Source: an uncultured Acidimicrobiia bacterium
GTDB lineage: Bacteria; Actinomycetota; Acidimicrobiia; Spongiisociales; UBA11373
NCBI GenBank assembly: GCA_964633975.1
Contig: CAZWKX010000007.1
Location: forward strand, 159-60,716
Reading direction: 5' to 3'
DNA length: 60,558 nt
This document shows positions 29,774 through 39,685 of the stretch, in pieces (position 1 is the first letter of the stretch; the number at the start of each line of letters is the position of its first letter). The position numbers and the translations under genes were made by a program. Under the pieces are notes generated by a model. The model worked only from the letters and a program-made list of their open reading frames with translations. It made no database searches and had not been told where the DNA came from.

Positions 29774-30157
29774 TCAGCCGACGCGACGCGTGAAGCCGAG
29801 CAAGCTGCCGGCGAGGACGACGATAGTCCCAGCCAAGAGCACCCAGGGGCCGGCGCCGACGGCTGCATCTTCGGTGTCGCGGACCGACAGGAGGGCATCG
29901 TTGATCTTCACGACCGCAAACACAACTGCGGCACAGGAGAAGATGGTCGAGATGATGCCGGGAATGAGCCGGTTGCCCTCAACCCGGTCGCCAACAACTG
30001 CAATGAGCAAGACGATGGTCAGGGGCAGAAGTGCCGGCCAGGCGGCGCCGTCGATGCCGTTGATGCTGCCGACGGTGGGCAGATGCGTATAGGGCAGGAA
30101 CGCGGCGCCGCCGGTGAGGAGGATCCCGACGAGTACGACGATTCGGGACCGGTGCAC
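29774..30157 (-). CDS. Hypothetical 4-TM membrane protein
   Basis: Four hydrophobic segments; aligns by eye with the adjacent upstream ORF. Confidence 0.75.
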   Translation of the reverse strand: MHRSRIVVLVGILLTGGAAFLPYTHLPTVGSINGIDGAAWPALLPLTIVLLIAVVGDRVEGNRLIPGIISTIFSCAAVVFAVVKINDALLSVRDTEDAAVGAGPWVLLAGTIVVLAGSLLGFTRRVG

Positions 30158-30160
30158 CGG

Positions 30161-31090
30161 CTAGCCACCGGGCCCGGCGCCGGGTCCCGGCCCCCGATCG
30201 GGCTCGTCGGGATCGTGGGCCGAGGCGTCCAGGAAGTCGGGGATCAGCGGCGGCTGGTCGGCATCCGCCGGTTCGGCTTCGAAGGGATGTGGGTGTGGAA
30301 CCGGTTTGTGGCGCGCAGGGAGGTCGGGGATGGGCACGACCTCGGTGGTGGCTTCGTCGTCGACATCGGCGCCGGCGAGCCCGCCGTGAGGCGAGCCCAC
30401 AGCCGGCATCACCCGGGTGGGGGCGTCGGGGTCGATGGGGAAGCGGGGCTTCGCCGCGGCAGGCGTGATTGTGGGACCGGCGGAGGGGCGGGCCGATGCG
30501 CCTCCACGAGCGTCCGTGATGGTCTCAGCCTTTGAGTCTGTGCGATCGGCGGCGCCGGCCCGGGCCGCGTGCCTGGCTGGCCCGGCGGCTGTGGCCTTTC
30601 GCGAGAGCCTTTGTTGGCTGTGGCGGATCCAGCGTGGCTCCGACCTGGACGGATATGTGCCGGCCGCCGGGAGTCCGAGGAAGCTGCGGGCCAGGCCGAT
30701 GCCGATTCCGCCGATCACCACGCAGGCTCCGAAGACGTGGAGGCGGGCTCCCCAGCCGACGCTGCCTCCGAGGGCGCCGGCGAGTGTCGAGGCGTCGAGG
30801 TACTTGATCAGGGCGTATGGGAAAGCGGCAAAGCCGAGGATGAGCGACAGCCAGCCGAGCACATCAGGGATGGGATTGCTGTGATCGGGGAGCAGGGTGA
30901 TGACAAAGATGGGGAGGAGGAGCAGCAGGGTGGGCAGAGCGTCGGCGGCGAGCGCGCTCCGATTGCCGGCCTCAGTGGTGATAAAGGCAAGGCTCATCGA
31001 TCCCAGCACCATCAGAACGCCGATGTCGATGACGATGCGGGAGGCGTGGAAGGCGAGCTTCGTCGGTTGGCGGGCCGGTCGAGAGTGCAA
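30161..31090 (-). CDS. Hypothetical 4-TM membrane protein with Pro/Ala/Asp-rich disordered C-terminal tail
   Basis: ORF maximal to 31186; probable TTG start at 31090 after AAGGA (uncertain); TM domain paralogous to 29774..30157. Confidence 0.65.
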   Translation of the reverse strand: MHSRPARQPTKLAFHASRIVIDIGVLMVLGSMSLAFITTEAGNRSALAADALPTLLLLLPIFVITLLPDHSNPIPDVLGWLSLILGFAAFPYALIKYLDASTLAGALGGSVGWGARLHVFGACVVIGGIGIGLARSFLGLPAAGTYPSRSEPRWIRHSQQRLSRKATAAGPARHAARAGAADRTDSKAETITDARGGASARPSAGPTITPAAAKPRFPIDPDAPTRVMPAVGSPHGGLAGADVDDEATTEVVPIPDLPARHKPVPHPHPFEAEPADADQPPLIPDFLDASAHDPDEPDRGPGPGAGPGG

Positions 31091-31210
31091 GGCCGTCCTT
31101 CGTTCTGCGCCGGTGGAGATTAGCGGCAGGAGGTCCTTCAGCCGCACCGGGGCTGGAAGGCAGGTCGTGCCGCGGCCGCCGCGCAAGGCGGGGTTGGATG
31201 GGCCGCCGGC

Positions 31211-31807
31211 TCAATCGGCCAGGCTGATCACACCGCCGGCGAGAGAGCCGACGCGGATGAGCGACTCAACACGCCAGCCGTGGGCTTCGAGCCGTTCCCG
31301 ACCCTTCTGGTACGCCTTCTCGATGACAAAAGTGAGGCCGACCACGCTGCACGCCGCCTCTTCGGCTATCTCGCCGAGCGCCTCGGCGGTACTCCCGCCG
31401 GCGAGAAAGTCGTCGACCACGAGGACGGCGAGCCCGCCTGGAAGCACCCGGCGTTCTACCTCGACCCGGTATTCCGATCCTCGTGTGGGCGAATGGACCT
31501 CACGGAAGAACGCGTGGCGGCTCCCGGGGCCAAGGTACTTCTTGGCGAAGACCATGGGAACGCCCAAATGGAGGGCGCAGGCGAGTGCCGGAGGGATCCC
31601 GCTGGCCTCCGCGGTGAGGAGAAGATCGGGTGGTTCGAAGCGCCGTACAAGGTCGGCACCTATGGCGGCGAGGAGCCCGGCATCGACCCGGTGGTTGAGG
31701 AAGTCGTCGACTTTGAGCAGGTCCCCTTCCACCCGGCCGTATCGGAGGACGGCGGCACGCAACCTGTTCTGCCCGGATGACTCGTCGCTTCTGTCCGTCA
31801 AGGCCAC
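31211..31807 (-). CDS. xpt: Xanthine phosphoribosyltransferase
   Basis: LKVDDFLNHRVD, TAEASGI, FAKK, PRPP motif VLVVDDFLAGGST, VIEKAYQKGR. Confidence 0.85.
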   Translation of the reverse strand: MALTDRSDESSGQNRLRAAVLRYGRVEGDLLKVDDFLNHRVDAGLLAAIGADLVRRFEPPDLLLTAEASGIPPALACALHLGVPMVFAKKYLGPGSRHAFFREVHSPTRGSEYRVEVERRVLPGGLAVLVVDDFLAGGSTAEALGEIAEEAACSVVGLTFVIEKAYQKGRERLEAHGWRVESLIRVGSLAGGVISLAD

Positions 31808-31837
31808 CGGAGGGTACCCGACCTAGCATGCCTCCCG

Positions 31838-32497
31838 ATGGACGCCAGGCGAAGCGATGAGCGTCGTCGTGCCCGAACCGTTCTGGGACGCCTCAAGAGG
31901 CGTTATCCGGAGATCGGCACCGCTCTCGACTACGTCGATCCATGGCAGCTGCTCATCGCCACGGTGCTCAGCGCCCAGACGACGGACGAGAACGTCAATC
32001 GGGTCACCCCGGCTCTGTTCGAGCGCTGGCCGACGCCTCGGGATCTGGGTTCGGCCGATCCCGAAGCAGTGGAGCAGGTGGTCTATTCGACCGGCTACTA
32101 CAGGGCCAAGGCCGAGGCGATCATCGAGCTGAGCCGCGACCTGGACGAGCGCTTCGGCGGCGCGGTTCCGTCGGATCTCGAGACGCTCGTCACCCTCCAC
32201 GGTGTGGGGCGGAAGACGGCCAGCGTGGTGCTGGCCGAGGCCTTTGGGGAGCCGGCCGTCGCCGTGGACACGCACGTGAAGCGGCTATCGCGCAGGCTGG
32301 GGCTCACCTCCGAGAACGATCCGACGAAGATCGAGTTCGACTTGCGCTCCTTGTACCCGGAGCGGGAGTGGGCCGGCATCTCCATGCGTTTCATCCAATT
32401 CGGTCGTGAGGTGTGCGACGCGCGTAAGCCGCGGTGCTGGCAGTGCCCCCTGGCGGATCTGTGCCCCTACCCGGAGAAGACGGGCCCGCCGGCCTGA
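31838..32497 (+). CDS. nth: Endonuclease III
   Basis: LSAQTTD, HhH LHGVGRKTA, VDTHV, [4Fe-4S] C-x6-C-x2-C-x5-C. Confidence 0.95.
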   Translation: MDARRSDERRRARTVLGRLKRRYPEIGTALDYVDPWQLLIATVLSAQTTDENVNRVTPALFERWPTPRDLGSADPEAVEQVVYSTGYYRAKAEAIIELSRDLDERFGGAVPSDLETLVTLHGVGRKTASVVLAEAFGEPAVAVDTHVKRLSRRLGLTSENDPTKIEFDLRSLYPEREWAGISMRFIQFGREVCDARKPRCWQCPLADLCPYPEKTGPPA

Positions 32498-33744
32498 GAG
32501 GGCTCGGCGATGATGTCCAACCCCCGCGTCTCGGGAATCAGGAGCACCAGGGACGTTGAGGCCAAAACGAGGGCTCCGATGATGCCCACCGTTGTGGGCA
32601 GGCCGATGGAATCGATGATGAAGTACCCGGCGGCGAAGCCGCTGAGCGATCCCAGGATGCCGACGTTGCTCAGCCAGGCGGTCGCGGTGGAGCGGAAGGC
32701 GGTGGGGAACAGCTCGGAGCGCTGAGCGGCGAAGGCCGGTGCGAACGCCGAAGTGCCCGTGAGGGAAAGGAAGATGCCCAGAGCCATGACCCACCCCACG
32801 TCAGAGAAGTAGAAGAGGCAGGCGCCCCCAACCCCGATGAACATTGCCACAACCTCGGTGGGGCGGCGTCCGGCGACATCGGCGGCGCGGCCGCCGGCGA
32901 GGAGGCCCAGCAGCACGGCCGGGGTGCTGGTGAGCACGAGCATGGTCGAGGCGGTGCCCTGGTCCCATCCCAAGTGGTTGTTGAGTCGGATCAGGATGAA
33001 GTTGGCGGCTAGGCCGGTGAAGGCGGCCACAAAAAAGGAGATGCCCGCCATGGGCCAGAAGTAGCGCCTCGGGCCGCGGCGAAGAGCCGCCGTCAGGGTG
33101 GGAACCGTGGGCTGGCCGTGGAACGCCCGCGATTCGCGCAGATGGACGAGGACGAGCGGGAAGCACAGAAGCGGCGCCGCGCCGACGCCGAAGAGGATAC
33201 GCCAGGCTTCCTCTCCGGCCTCGGCGAAGCGAGACAGGAGCAGCCCAAAACCGACTCCCATGCTGACGAACAGTGAGAAGACGGCAGCGGCGTACCCGCG
33301 TACCTCCGGCTCCATCTCCTCCGTCAGCACGACCAGGGCCAGGGCGCCTATGGCGATGTTGCCGATGCGGGCGAGCGACTGCTCGAGCGTGAAGACGGCG
33401 AGCGAAGGGGCGAAGGCCGTAGCCAGGTTCGCCGCGGGCAGTATCAGAAAGGCGAGCAGCAGGGGGACGCGCCGGCCGCGGCGGTCGCCCCACCAGGACA
33501 GCATCAGCGCCAGCAGCGCCACGGCGCGTATCACGGTCTCGAGGCCTGCGACGCCGCCGTCGCTGAGCCCGAAGCTCTCTTGAGTAAAAGGAAGGGTGTG
33601 GGTGAGCACGTTGCCGGACCATCCCTGGCCGAACGCGATCATGCCGAGCAGCATGAGTACCCGAACCTGGAGGCGCCCCAAGGGTGCCGAAGGTCGTAGT
33701 GGGTCCAGGAGCGCCATGGTCGCCAGTCGCGCTCGGCGTATCAC
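32467..33744 (-). CDS. MFS transporter
   Basis: About 12 TM; motif A-like GDRRGRR and ADVAGRR, ELFPT..R. Confidence 0.88.
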   Translation of the reverse strand: MIRRARLATMALLDPLRPSAPLGRLQVRVLMLLGMIAFGQGWSGNVLTHTLPFTQESFGLSDGGVAGLETVIRAVALLALMLSWWGDRRGRRVPLLLAFLILPAANLATAFAPSLAVFTLEQSLARIGNIAIGALALVVLTEEMEPEVRGYAAAVFSLFVSMGVGFGLLLSRFAEAGEEAWRILFGVGAAPLLCFPLVLVHLRESRAFHGQPTVPTLTAALRRGPRRYFWPMAGISFFVAAFTGLAANFILIRLNNHLGWDQGTASTMLVLTSTPAVLLGLLAGGRAADVAGRRPTEVVAMFIGVGGACLFYFSDVGWVMALGIFLSLTGTSAFAPAFAAQRSELFPTAFRSTATAWLSNVGILGSLSGFAAGYFIIDSIGLPTTVGIIGALVLASTSLVLLIPETRGLDIIAEPSQAGGPVFSG

Positions 33745-33768
33745 CGGGCGAGGTTACCGGGAACAACC

Positions 33769-34581
33769 GTGGTCCCGGTACCGTTGACCGTCGGGACGAC
33801 ACCGGCAGGGCCCTTGGAGATCACCAGCCTCAACATCTTCAGCCTGCTGGCCGTTTTCGGGTTCGGCGCTCTCGCCTTCGTGTCGCCATGTGCGCTGCCG
33901 CTCCTGCCCGGCTACCTCAGCATGATGTCCGGGTACTCGGCGGCGGACCTCACCGAAGGCAAAGCGAGCATCCGCCGCATGTTGTGGGTCACGCTGCTCT
34001 TTGTGGCTGGCTTCACCGTGGTCTTCGTGGCGCTAGGCGCCGCCGTCGGGACCATCGGTGGGAACCTGTTCACCAGGAACAAGGAGATGCTGAGGGTGAT
34101 CGGGGGTGGATTCGTCATCGCTATGGGCCTGTTCCTCGCGGTGACCGCTGTGTGGACCCCGCGTCTGTTCCTTCCGTTCATGCAGGAGCAGCGCATCGAG
34201 GTGCGTCCCTCGCGCCTGGGCGTTTGGGCTCCCCCGGTCATGGGCGCGGCCTTCGGCTTCGGCTGGACCCCCTGCGTCGGCCCCGCCTTGGCCAGCATGT
34301 TCACTCTGGCCGCAGGAGGCGGATCGGCCAGCCCGGCCGAGGGCATGATCTTGCTGGCCGTCTTCTCGCTGGGGCTCGGGCTTCCCTTCGTGCTGGCGGG
34401 CATCGGCATGAGCAAGGCGCTGGGGTTCTTCGGCTGGCTTCGCCGACACGCCAAACCGATCACCGTAGCGTCCGGCCTGCTGCTGGCCGCTTTTGGGGTC
34501 CTCCTGGCCACCGACCGGCTCACAGAGCTCAACGGCTGGTTCTCGAGGGTTCTGCCCGATCTGCCCTGGAACAACATCTGA
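33769..34581 (+). CDS. ccdA: Cytochrome c biogenesis / thiol-disulfide transporter CcdA
   Basis: FVSPCALPLLPGY and FGWTPCVGP motifs; start codon uncertain. Confidence 0.88.
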   Translation: MVPVPLTVGTTPAGPLEITSLNIFSLLAVFGFGALAFVSPCALPLLPGYLSMMSGYSAADLTEGKASIRRMLWVTLLFVAGFTVVFVALGAAVGTIGGNLFTRNKEMLRVIGGGFVIAMGLFLAVTAVWTPRLFLPFMQEQRIEVRPSRLGVWAPPVMGAAFGFGWTPCVGPALASMFTLAAGGGSASPAEGMILLAVFSLGLGLPFVLAGIGMSKALGFFGWLRRHAKPITVASGLLLAAFGVLLATDRLTELNGWFSRVLPDLPWNNI

Positions 34582-34611
34582 GCTGCCCGGGCGCCGGGTT
34601 AGCCTGGCGTC

Positions 34612-36078
34612 GTGCAGCCGACTCCCTCACGCGAAGAATTCATCCGGCTCGCCGCCGATTACCCGATCGTGCCTGTGCGCCTGGAGGTGCTGGGGGATCG
34701 GGACACGGCGGTCTCGGTGTTCGAGAAGCTGGCCGGCGACGGGCCTGCGTTCTTGCTGGAGTCGGTTGAGGGAGGGGAGCGCTGGGCCCGTTGGTCGTTT
34801 ATGGGCTGGGATCCGCTGTTCCTGCTGAGTGCTCGGGACGGGATCACCACCGCCGTGGGTGCAGAAGTGGACCTGCCGGCGGGCAACCCTCTCGAGGTAC
34901 TGGACGGAGTGGCGCGGCGATTCCGCACCCCGGACCTCCTCGACATGCCTCCCTTGTATGCCGGTCTGGTCGGCTACCTCGCCTACGACGCGGTTCGCTA
35001 TGTGGAGCATCTTCCCGACCGGCCGCCCGACGACCGAAGCCTGCCGGAGATGATCTGGCAGGTGGTTGGGTCGCTGGCCGCTCTGGACCGCTTCCGACAG
35101 ACCATCATGCTCATCCGCAACGTGCTGGTCGGCGACGACCCGGCTTCTGACTACGACGCCGCGGTGACCCGCCTGGAGCGGGCGGTGGCCGATCTGTCCG
35201 AGGCGCCGCCTCGGTCGGTGGCGCCTCGGCCCGCGTTCGATGGGATCCCAGAGGCGGTATCGACAATGGAGCAGCCGGTGTTCGAGGCGGCGGTGGCCAA
35301 GGCGATCCGCTACATCGAAGCCGGCGACGCATTTCAGATCGTGCCTTCTTTTCGGCTCGAAGTGCCTTTCGCCGGGGACCCCTTTGCCGTCTATCGGGCC
35401 TTGCGCCTGGTGAACCCCTCCCCGTACATGTTTTTCCTGCGCTACGAAGGGCTGTGCATCGCCGGCTGCTCGCCCGAGCTCATGGTGCGCGCCCATGAGG
35501 GCAGGGTCTTCAGTCGGCCCATCGCCGGGACCCGCCCTCGAGGCGCCGACCCCGCCGCGGATGAGGCGCTGGAGCAGGAGCTGCTGGCCGATCCCAAGGA
35601 GCGGGCCGAGCACGTCATGCTGGTGGACTTGGCCCGAAACGACCTGGGCCGTGTCTGCGAGTACGGGACTGTGAACGTCGACGATCTCATGGTCATAGAG
35701 CGCTACTCGCATGTGATGCACATCGTCTCCGGGGTCTCCGGTGACCTGCGGAAGGGTGTCGGCCCCGTCGACGTGCTACGGGCGACCTTCCCGCACGGCA
35801 CGGTCTCGGGAGCTCCGAAGGTGAGGGCCATGGAGATCATCGATGAGCTGGAGCCGGTGGCGCGAGGCCCCTACGCCGGCGCGGTCGGCTACATCGACTT
35901 TTCTGGCAACCTGGACACGGCCATCGCCCTGCGCACGATGATCGCGGCAGGAGGGAAAGCCTGGGTACAGGCCGGGGCGGGTGTGGTGGCCGACAGCAAA
36001 CCCGACCGCGAGTACCTGGAGTGCCTGAACAAGGCGGCGGCGCTGCTGGCTGCCATCGAGGGCTCGGGCCTCGTCTGA
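34612..36078 (+). CDS. trpE: Anthranilate synthase component I
   Basis: FLLESVEGGE, NPSPYMF, PIAGTRPRG, EHVMLVDLARND, SGAPKVRAM, QAGAGVVADS. Confidence 0.93.
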   Translation: MQPTPSREEFIRLAADYPIVPVRLEVLGDRDTAVSVFEKLAGDGPAFLLESVEGGERWARWSFMGWDPLFLLSARDGITTAVGAEVDLPAGNPLEVLDGVARRFRTPDLLDMPPLYAGLVGYLAYDAVRYVEHLPDRPPDDRSLPEMIWQVVGSLAALDRFRQTIMLIRNVLVGDDPASDYDAAVTRLERAVADLSEAPPRSVAPRPAFDGIPEAVSTMEQPVFEAAVAKAIRYIEAGDAFQIVPSFRLEVPFAGDPFAVYRALRLVNPSPYMFFLRYEGLCIAGCSPELMVRAHEGRVFSRPIAGTRPRGADPAADEALEQELLADPKERAEHVMLVDLARNDLGRVCEYGTVNVDDLMVIERYSHVMHIVSGVSGDLRKGVGPVDVLRATFPHGTVSGAPKVRAMEIIDELEPVARGPYAGAVGYIDFSGNLDTAIALRTMIAAGGKAWVQAGAGVVADSKPDREYLECLNKAAALLAAIEGSGLV

Positions 36079-36199
36079 GCGGCTGCTGAAGCGCCGGCGT
36101 ACCCTCCTTTCCGGTATCGCGGCAGTGAAGGGGCGTTTTGTCTCCGCTCTAACACACCTCGAACAATCGCCGGGTGATCATGTGGCGGAAGGAGGCAGA

Positions 36200-36874
36200 G
36201 TGAGCGCCAAGGGGACCGTGCTCCTGATCGAGGATGAGGAGGCCATTGCCGACCTCGTACGTATGTACTTCGAGCAGGAGGGCCTTCGCCTGGTCCATGC
36301 CACCGACGGCGAGGCGGGCCTGGAGGCGGTGCGGGACCGGAGCCCTCGGCTGGTGCTCCTCGACCTGGGTCTTCCCGGCATGGACGGCATCGAAGTGTGC
36401 CGCCGCATCCGAGCCTCCAGCGATGTGCCGATCATCATGCTGACGGCGCGCGACACCGAGATCGACAAGATCGTCGGCCTCGAAATTGGTGCCGACGACT
36501 ATGTGACGAAGCCGTTCTCGCCGCGGGAGCTCCTGGCGCGGGTGCGCGCCGTCCTGCGTCGCGCCGAGGAGGCGCCGAGAGCGCCGGGGGTCATCGAGCT
36601 GGAGGGATGGGAGATCGACAGTGGCCGGCGCCAGGTGCGCGGCCCCGGCGGCGACGTGGTGAGCCCAACCGCCCGGGAGTTCGATCTGCTCTGGTACCTG
36701 GCGGAGAACCGCGGCCTGGTGCTGTCGCGGGCGCAGATCTTGGAGGCGGTTTGGGGCTACGACTACTTCGGTGAGACCCGCACCGTCGACGTGCACGTGC
36801 GCCAGCTGCGCAAGAAGCTCGAGGGCATACCCATCGAGACCGTCTGGGGAGTCGGGTACAGGATGGGCGAGTAG
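36200..36874 (+). CDS. OmpR/PhoB family response regulator
   Basis: Receiver domain (EDE, LLDLGLP, GADDYVTKPF) plus winged helix (RTVDVHVRQLRKK, TVWGVGY); GGAGG before GTG 36200. Confidence 0.95.
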   Translation: MSAKGTVLLIEDEEAIADLVRMYFEQEGLRLVHATDGEAGLEAVRDRSPRLVLLDLGLPGMDGIEVCRRIRASSDVPIIMLTARDTEIDKIVGLEIGADDYVTKPFSPRELLARVRAVLRRAEEAPRAPGVIELEGWEIDSGRRQVRGPGGDVVSPTAREFDLLWYLAENRGLVLSRAQILEAVWGYDYFGETRTVDVHVRQLRKKLEGIPIETVWGVGYRMGE

Positions 36875-36878
36875 ACCG

Positions 36879-38288
36879 ATGCGCAGGCGCTTCTTCTGGT
36901 CTCTGGTGATCGTGGCCGCGGCCACGCTGAGCGTGGGTGGCACCGTTGCGGCCATCCTCATCAGCCGCTCCGTGGAGGGCTCGGTCCGCCACGAGTTCAC
37001 CAGGCAGGCCGAGGCCACTGCAGGCCTCATCGAGACTTCTCTGCGGCCTCACGTCGGGGGTAACGGGGAAGGCCCCGTCATCCCTATCCGCAGCCTGGGC
37101 CAGCTCCTGGCCATCGTGCGTTCTGTGGGCGGCCACGACTACGTGGAGGCGGCCGTCGTAGGGCCCGGCGAGGAGGTCAGCGTGGTCGGATCGGATTCCG
37201 TGCTGGTCGATCAGATCCCGGGAGGCGTGGCCCATCTGGAGGGCCGCGTCGAGTTCACCGGCGAGGTCGACGGCGAGGAGGTGGCCGGCTACGCCTTTGC
37301 CCTACCTTCGAGGCCGCTGGGAACGGTGGTGGTCGTCATCGGCACCGATTTGCAGCTGGTGCCGTGGACCGGCGTGCTGGTTCGGTTCCTGTGGGCCATC
37401 GGGCTCGGCGTGGCCCTGGCCGCGCTGCTTGCCGTCTATCTGTCCCGCTTCCTGGCGCAGCGGCTCGACGGGCTGCGCGACGCCTCGCGTCGCCTGGCGA
37501 CCGGAGATCTGTCGGCGCGGGCTCCGATCGAGAGCGACGACGAGATTGGAGAGCTGGCTCGTGCGTTCAACGAGATGGGTGAGCAGCTGGAAGACGCGCG
37601 ACGCCGTGAGAGGGAGTTCCTCGTCAGCGTGAGCCACGACCTGCGGACCCCGCTCACCACGATCACCGGGTACGGTGAAGCGCTGGCCGAAGGGCGGGTA
37701 CCCGAGGAGGATCTGGCCAAAGTGGCCTCGGTCATCCAGCGGGAGTCGGGGCGGCTGGGCCGGCTGGTCGAGGACCTGATGCTGCTGTCGCGTATCGAGT
37801 CCCGCGAGTTCAGCCTGCGTCCCGAGCACGTCGACCTGTCCGGCCACCTGAGGGGCACGGTCGAGGCCTTCCGCCACAAGGCCGACGAGGCAGGGGTCAC
37901 GCTGGAGGCGGATCTCGCCTCGATACCCGATGCCCTGGTGGATCCGGATCGCTTCGACCAAGTGGTGGGGAACCTGGTGGAGAACGCCCTGCGGTACACG
38001 CCGGCGCCGGGCCGGGTGCGCGTCGTGCTGACGGAGGAGGAAGGCCGGGCGCGTGTCGCGGTGTCCGACACCGGGTCGGGCATCGAACCCGAGGATGTGC
38101 CGCACATCTTCGAGCGGCTGTACGTGGCCCAGCACTATCGGCCGGTGCGGCCCGAAGGATCCGGCCTTGGGCTGTCCATCGTGGCCGAGCTGGCGAGAGC
38201 GATGGGAGGGTCAACGGAGGTCGACAGCGAGCCGGGCAAGGGCACGACCGTGTCGGTTGTCGTGCCTTTGGCCTCGCCTCCGTCCTAG
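36879..38288 (+). CDS. Sensor histidine kinase (2 TM, HAMP, HisKA, HATPase)
   Basis: DEIGELARAFNEM, SHDLRTPLT, NLVENALRY, DTGSGI, GSGLGLSI. Confidence 0.95.
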   Translation: MRRRFFWSLVIVAAATLSVGGTVAAILISRSVEGSVRHEFTRQAEATAGLIETSLRPHVGGNGEGPVIPIRSLGQLLAIVRSVGGHDYVEAAVVGPGEEVSVVGSDSVLVDQIPGGVAHLEGRVEFTGEVDGEEVAGYAFALPSRPLGTVVVVIGTDLQLVPWTGVLVRFLWAIGLGVALAALLAVYLSRFLAQRLDGLRDASRRLATGDLSARAPIESDDEIGELARAFNEMGEQLEDARRREREFLVSVSHDLRTPLTTITGYGEALAEGRVPEEDLAKVASVIQRESGRLGRLVEDLMLLSRIESREFSLRPEHVDLSGHLRGTVEAFRHKADEAGVTLEADLASIPDALVDPDRFDQVVGNLVENALRYTPAPGRVRVVLTEEEGRARVAVSDTGSGIEPEDVPHIFERLYVAQHYRPVRPEGSGLGLSIVAELARAMGGSTEVDSEPGKGTTVSVVVPLASPPS

Positions 38289-38318
38289 GCGTTGCGGCCC
38301 GGCACCTACGATGACGCC

Positions 38319-39089
38319 ATGCTGGAGCCAATCCTGCAGTCGGTGCGAGCCCGGCTCGACGAGGTGATCGGTCTCGAAGACGAGCTGAGAGGCCGCGCCG
38401 CGCAACGGGAAGACCACCGAGACTTTTCGGCGCCGCTGGCCGCGCCGGGCCTGTCGGTGATCGCCGAAATCAAGCGGCGTTCCCCATCGGTGGGCCTCAT
38501 CGATCCGGACCTCAACGTCGCGGCCACGGCCGGTGCTTATCGCGACGGTGGAGCCTGCTGCCTTTCCGTGCTGACCGAGCCCGACCACTTCGGGGGGAGC
38601 TTCGAGGATCTGCAGGAAGCTCGCCAGGCGTCGGGGCTGCCCGTGCTCTGTAAGGGGTTCGTCCTTCATCCGGCTCAGGTGTGGCAGGCGGCGGCCGCCG
38701 GCGCCGATGCTGTGCTCCTGATCGCGGCCGTGCTCGACGACGACATTCTCGGCGCTCTGCTGGCGGAAGCAGAGGCCGCCGCGCTGGCCGCGCTGGTCGA
38801 GGTGCATTCCGAGGCGGAGGCGGGGCGCGTCGCCGGCTTCGGACCGGCGCTGGTCGGCGTCAACAACCGGGATCTGGACACGTTCAGCGTGGATCTCACC
38901 ACCGCCGAGAGGCTGAGGCGACACCTGCCGCCCGATGCGGTGGCGGTGGCCGAGAGCGGGGTCTCCTCGCCGGAGGGCGCAGCGCGCATGGCGGCAGCCG
39001 GCTACGACGCCATCCTGGTCGGCGAGGCATTGGTGCGAGCTCCAGACGCGGCCGCCCTTGTTGGCGAGTTGAAGAGGGCGGGCCGGTGA
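38319..39089 (+). CDS. trpC: Indole-3-glycerol-phosphate synthase
   Basis: IAEIKRRSPS, SVLTEP..FGGS, GADAVLLI, GVNNRDL, VAESG. Confidence 0.93.
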   Translation: MLEPILQSVRARLDEVIGLEDELRGRAAQREDHRDFSAPLAAPGLSVIAEIKRRSPSVGLIDPDLNVAATAGAYRDGGACCLSVLTEPDHFGGSFEDLQEARQASGLPVLCKGFVLHPAQVWQAAAAGADAVLLIAAVLDDDILGALLAEAEAAALAALVEVHSEAEAGRVAGFGPALVGVNNRDLDTFSVDLTTAERLRRHLPPDAVAVAESGVSSPEGAARMAAAGYDAILVGEALVRAPDAAALVGELKRAGR

Positions 39090-39685
39090 CCTGGGTGAAG
39101 CTGTGCGGCATGACGCGGCGGGCCGATGTGGAGGCGGCGGTCGAGCTGGGCGTCAACGCGGTGGGGTTCGTGGTTGCCTCGGAGTCGCCGCGTCGAGTGA
39201 GCCCGAAACAAGCTGCGAAGCTTGGGGCGGGCCTGGCCGTGGAGCGTTTCCTCGTGAGTGTGGATCTGGAGCCGCAGGATCTGGTGGCGGCTGCGCGGGA
39301 GGCCGGGGTGACTGGGGTGCAGCCGCACGGGCGCCACGCCGCCGAGGCCGCTGAAGCCGCTTTTTCGGTGGGGCTGCGGGTCCTGCTTCCGGTGCAGGTG
39401 GTTGATCTGGTGGACTTGGCAGGAATTCCTAGCTGGGCAATACCCATTCTCGATACCGCCGTTCCAGGGCGCCATGGAGGCACCGGCCGCAGCTTCGATT
39501 GGGCCCTGGCCGCCGCCTGCGACCGCGATGTGGTAATCGCCGGCGGTCTGACGTCGGAGAACGTCGCCGACGCCATATCCGTGGCCGGACCCTGGGGTGT
39601 CGACACCGCCACCGGTGTCGAAACGTCGCCCGGGGTGAAGGACCGTGCGAAGATGAGGCGATTCGTGGAGGCGACACGATGGTGA
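39086..39685 (+). CDS. trpF: Phosphoribosylanthranilate isomerase
   Basis: [43 protein letters not shown]. Confidence 0.92.
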   Translation: MTWVKLCGMTRRADVEAAVELGVNAVGFVVASESPRRVSPKQAAKLGAGLAVERFLVSVDLEPQDLVAAAREAGVTGVQPHGRHAAEAAEAAFSVGLRVLLPVQVVDLVDLAGIPSWAIPILDTAVPGRHGGTGRSFDWALAAACDRDVVIAGGLTSENVADAISVAGPWGVDTATGVETSPGVKDRAKMRRFVEATRW

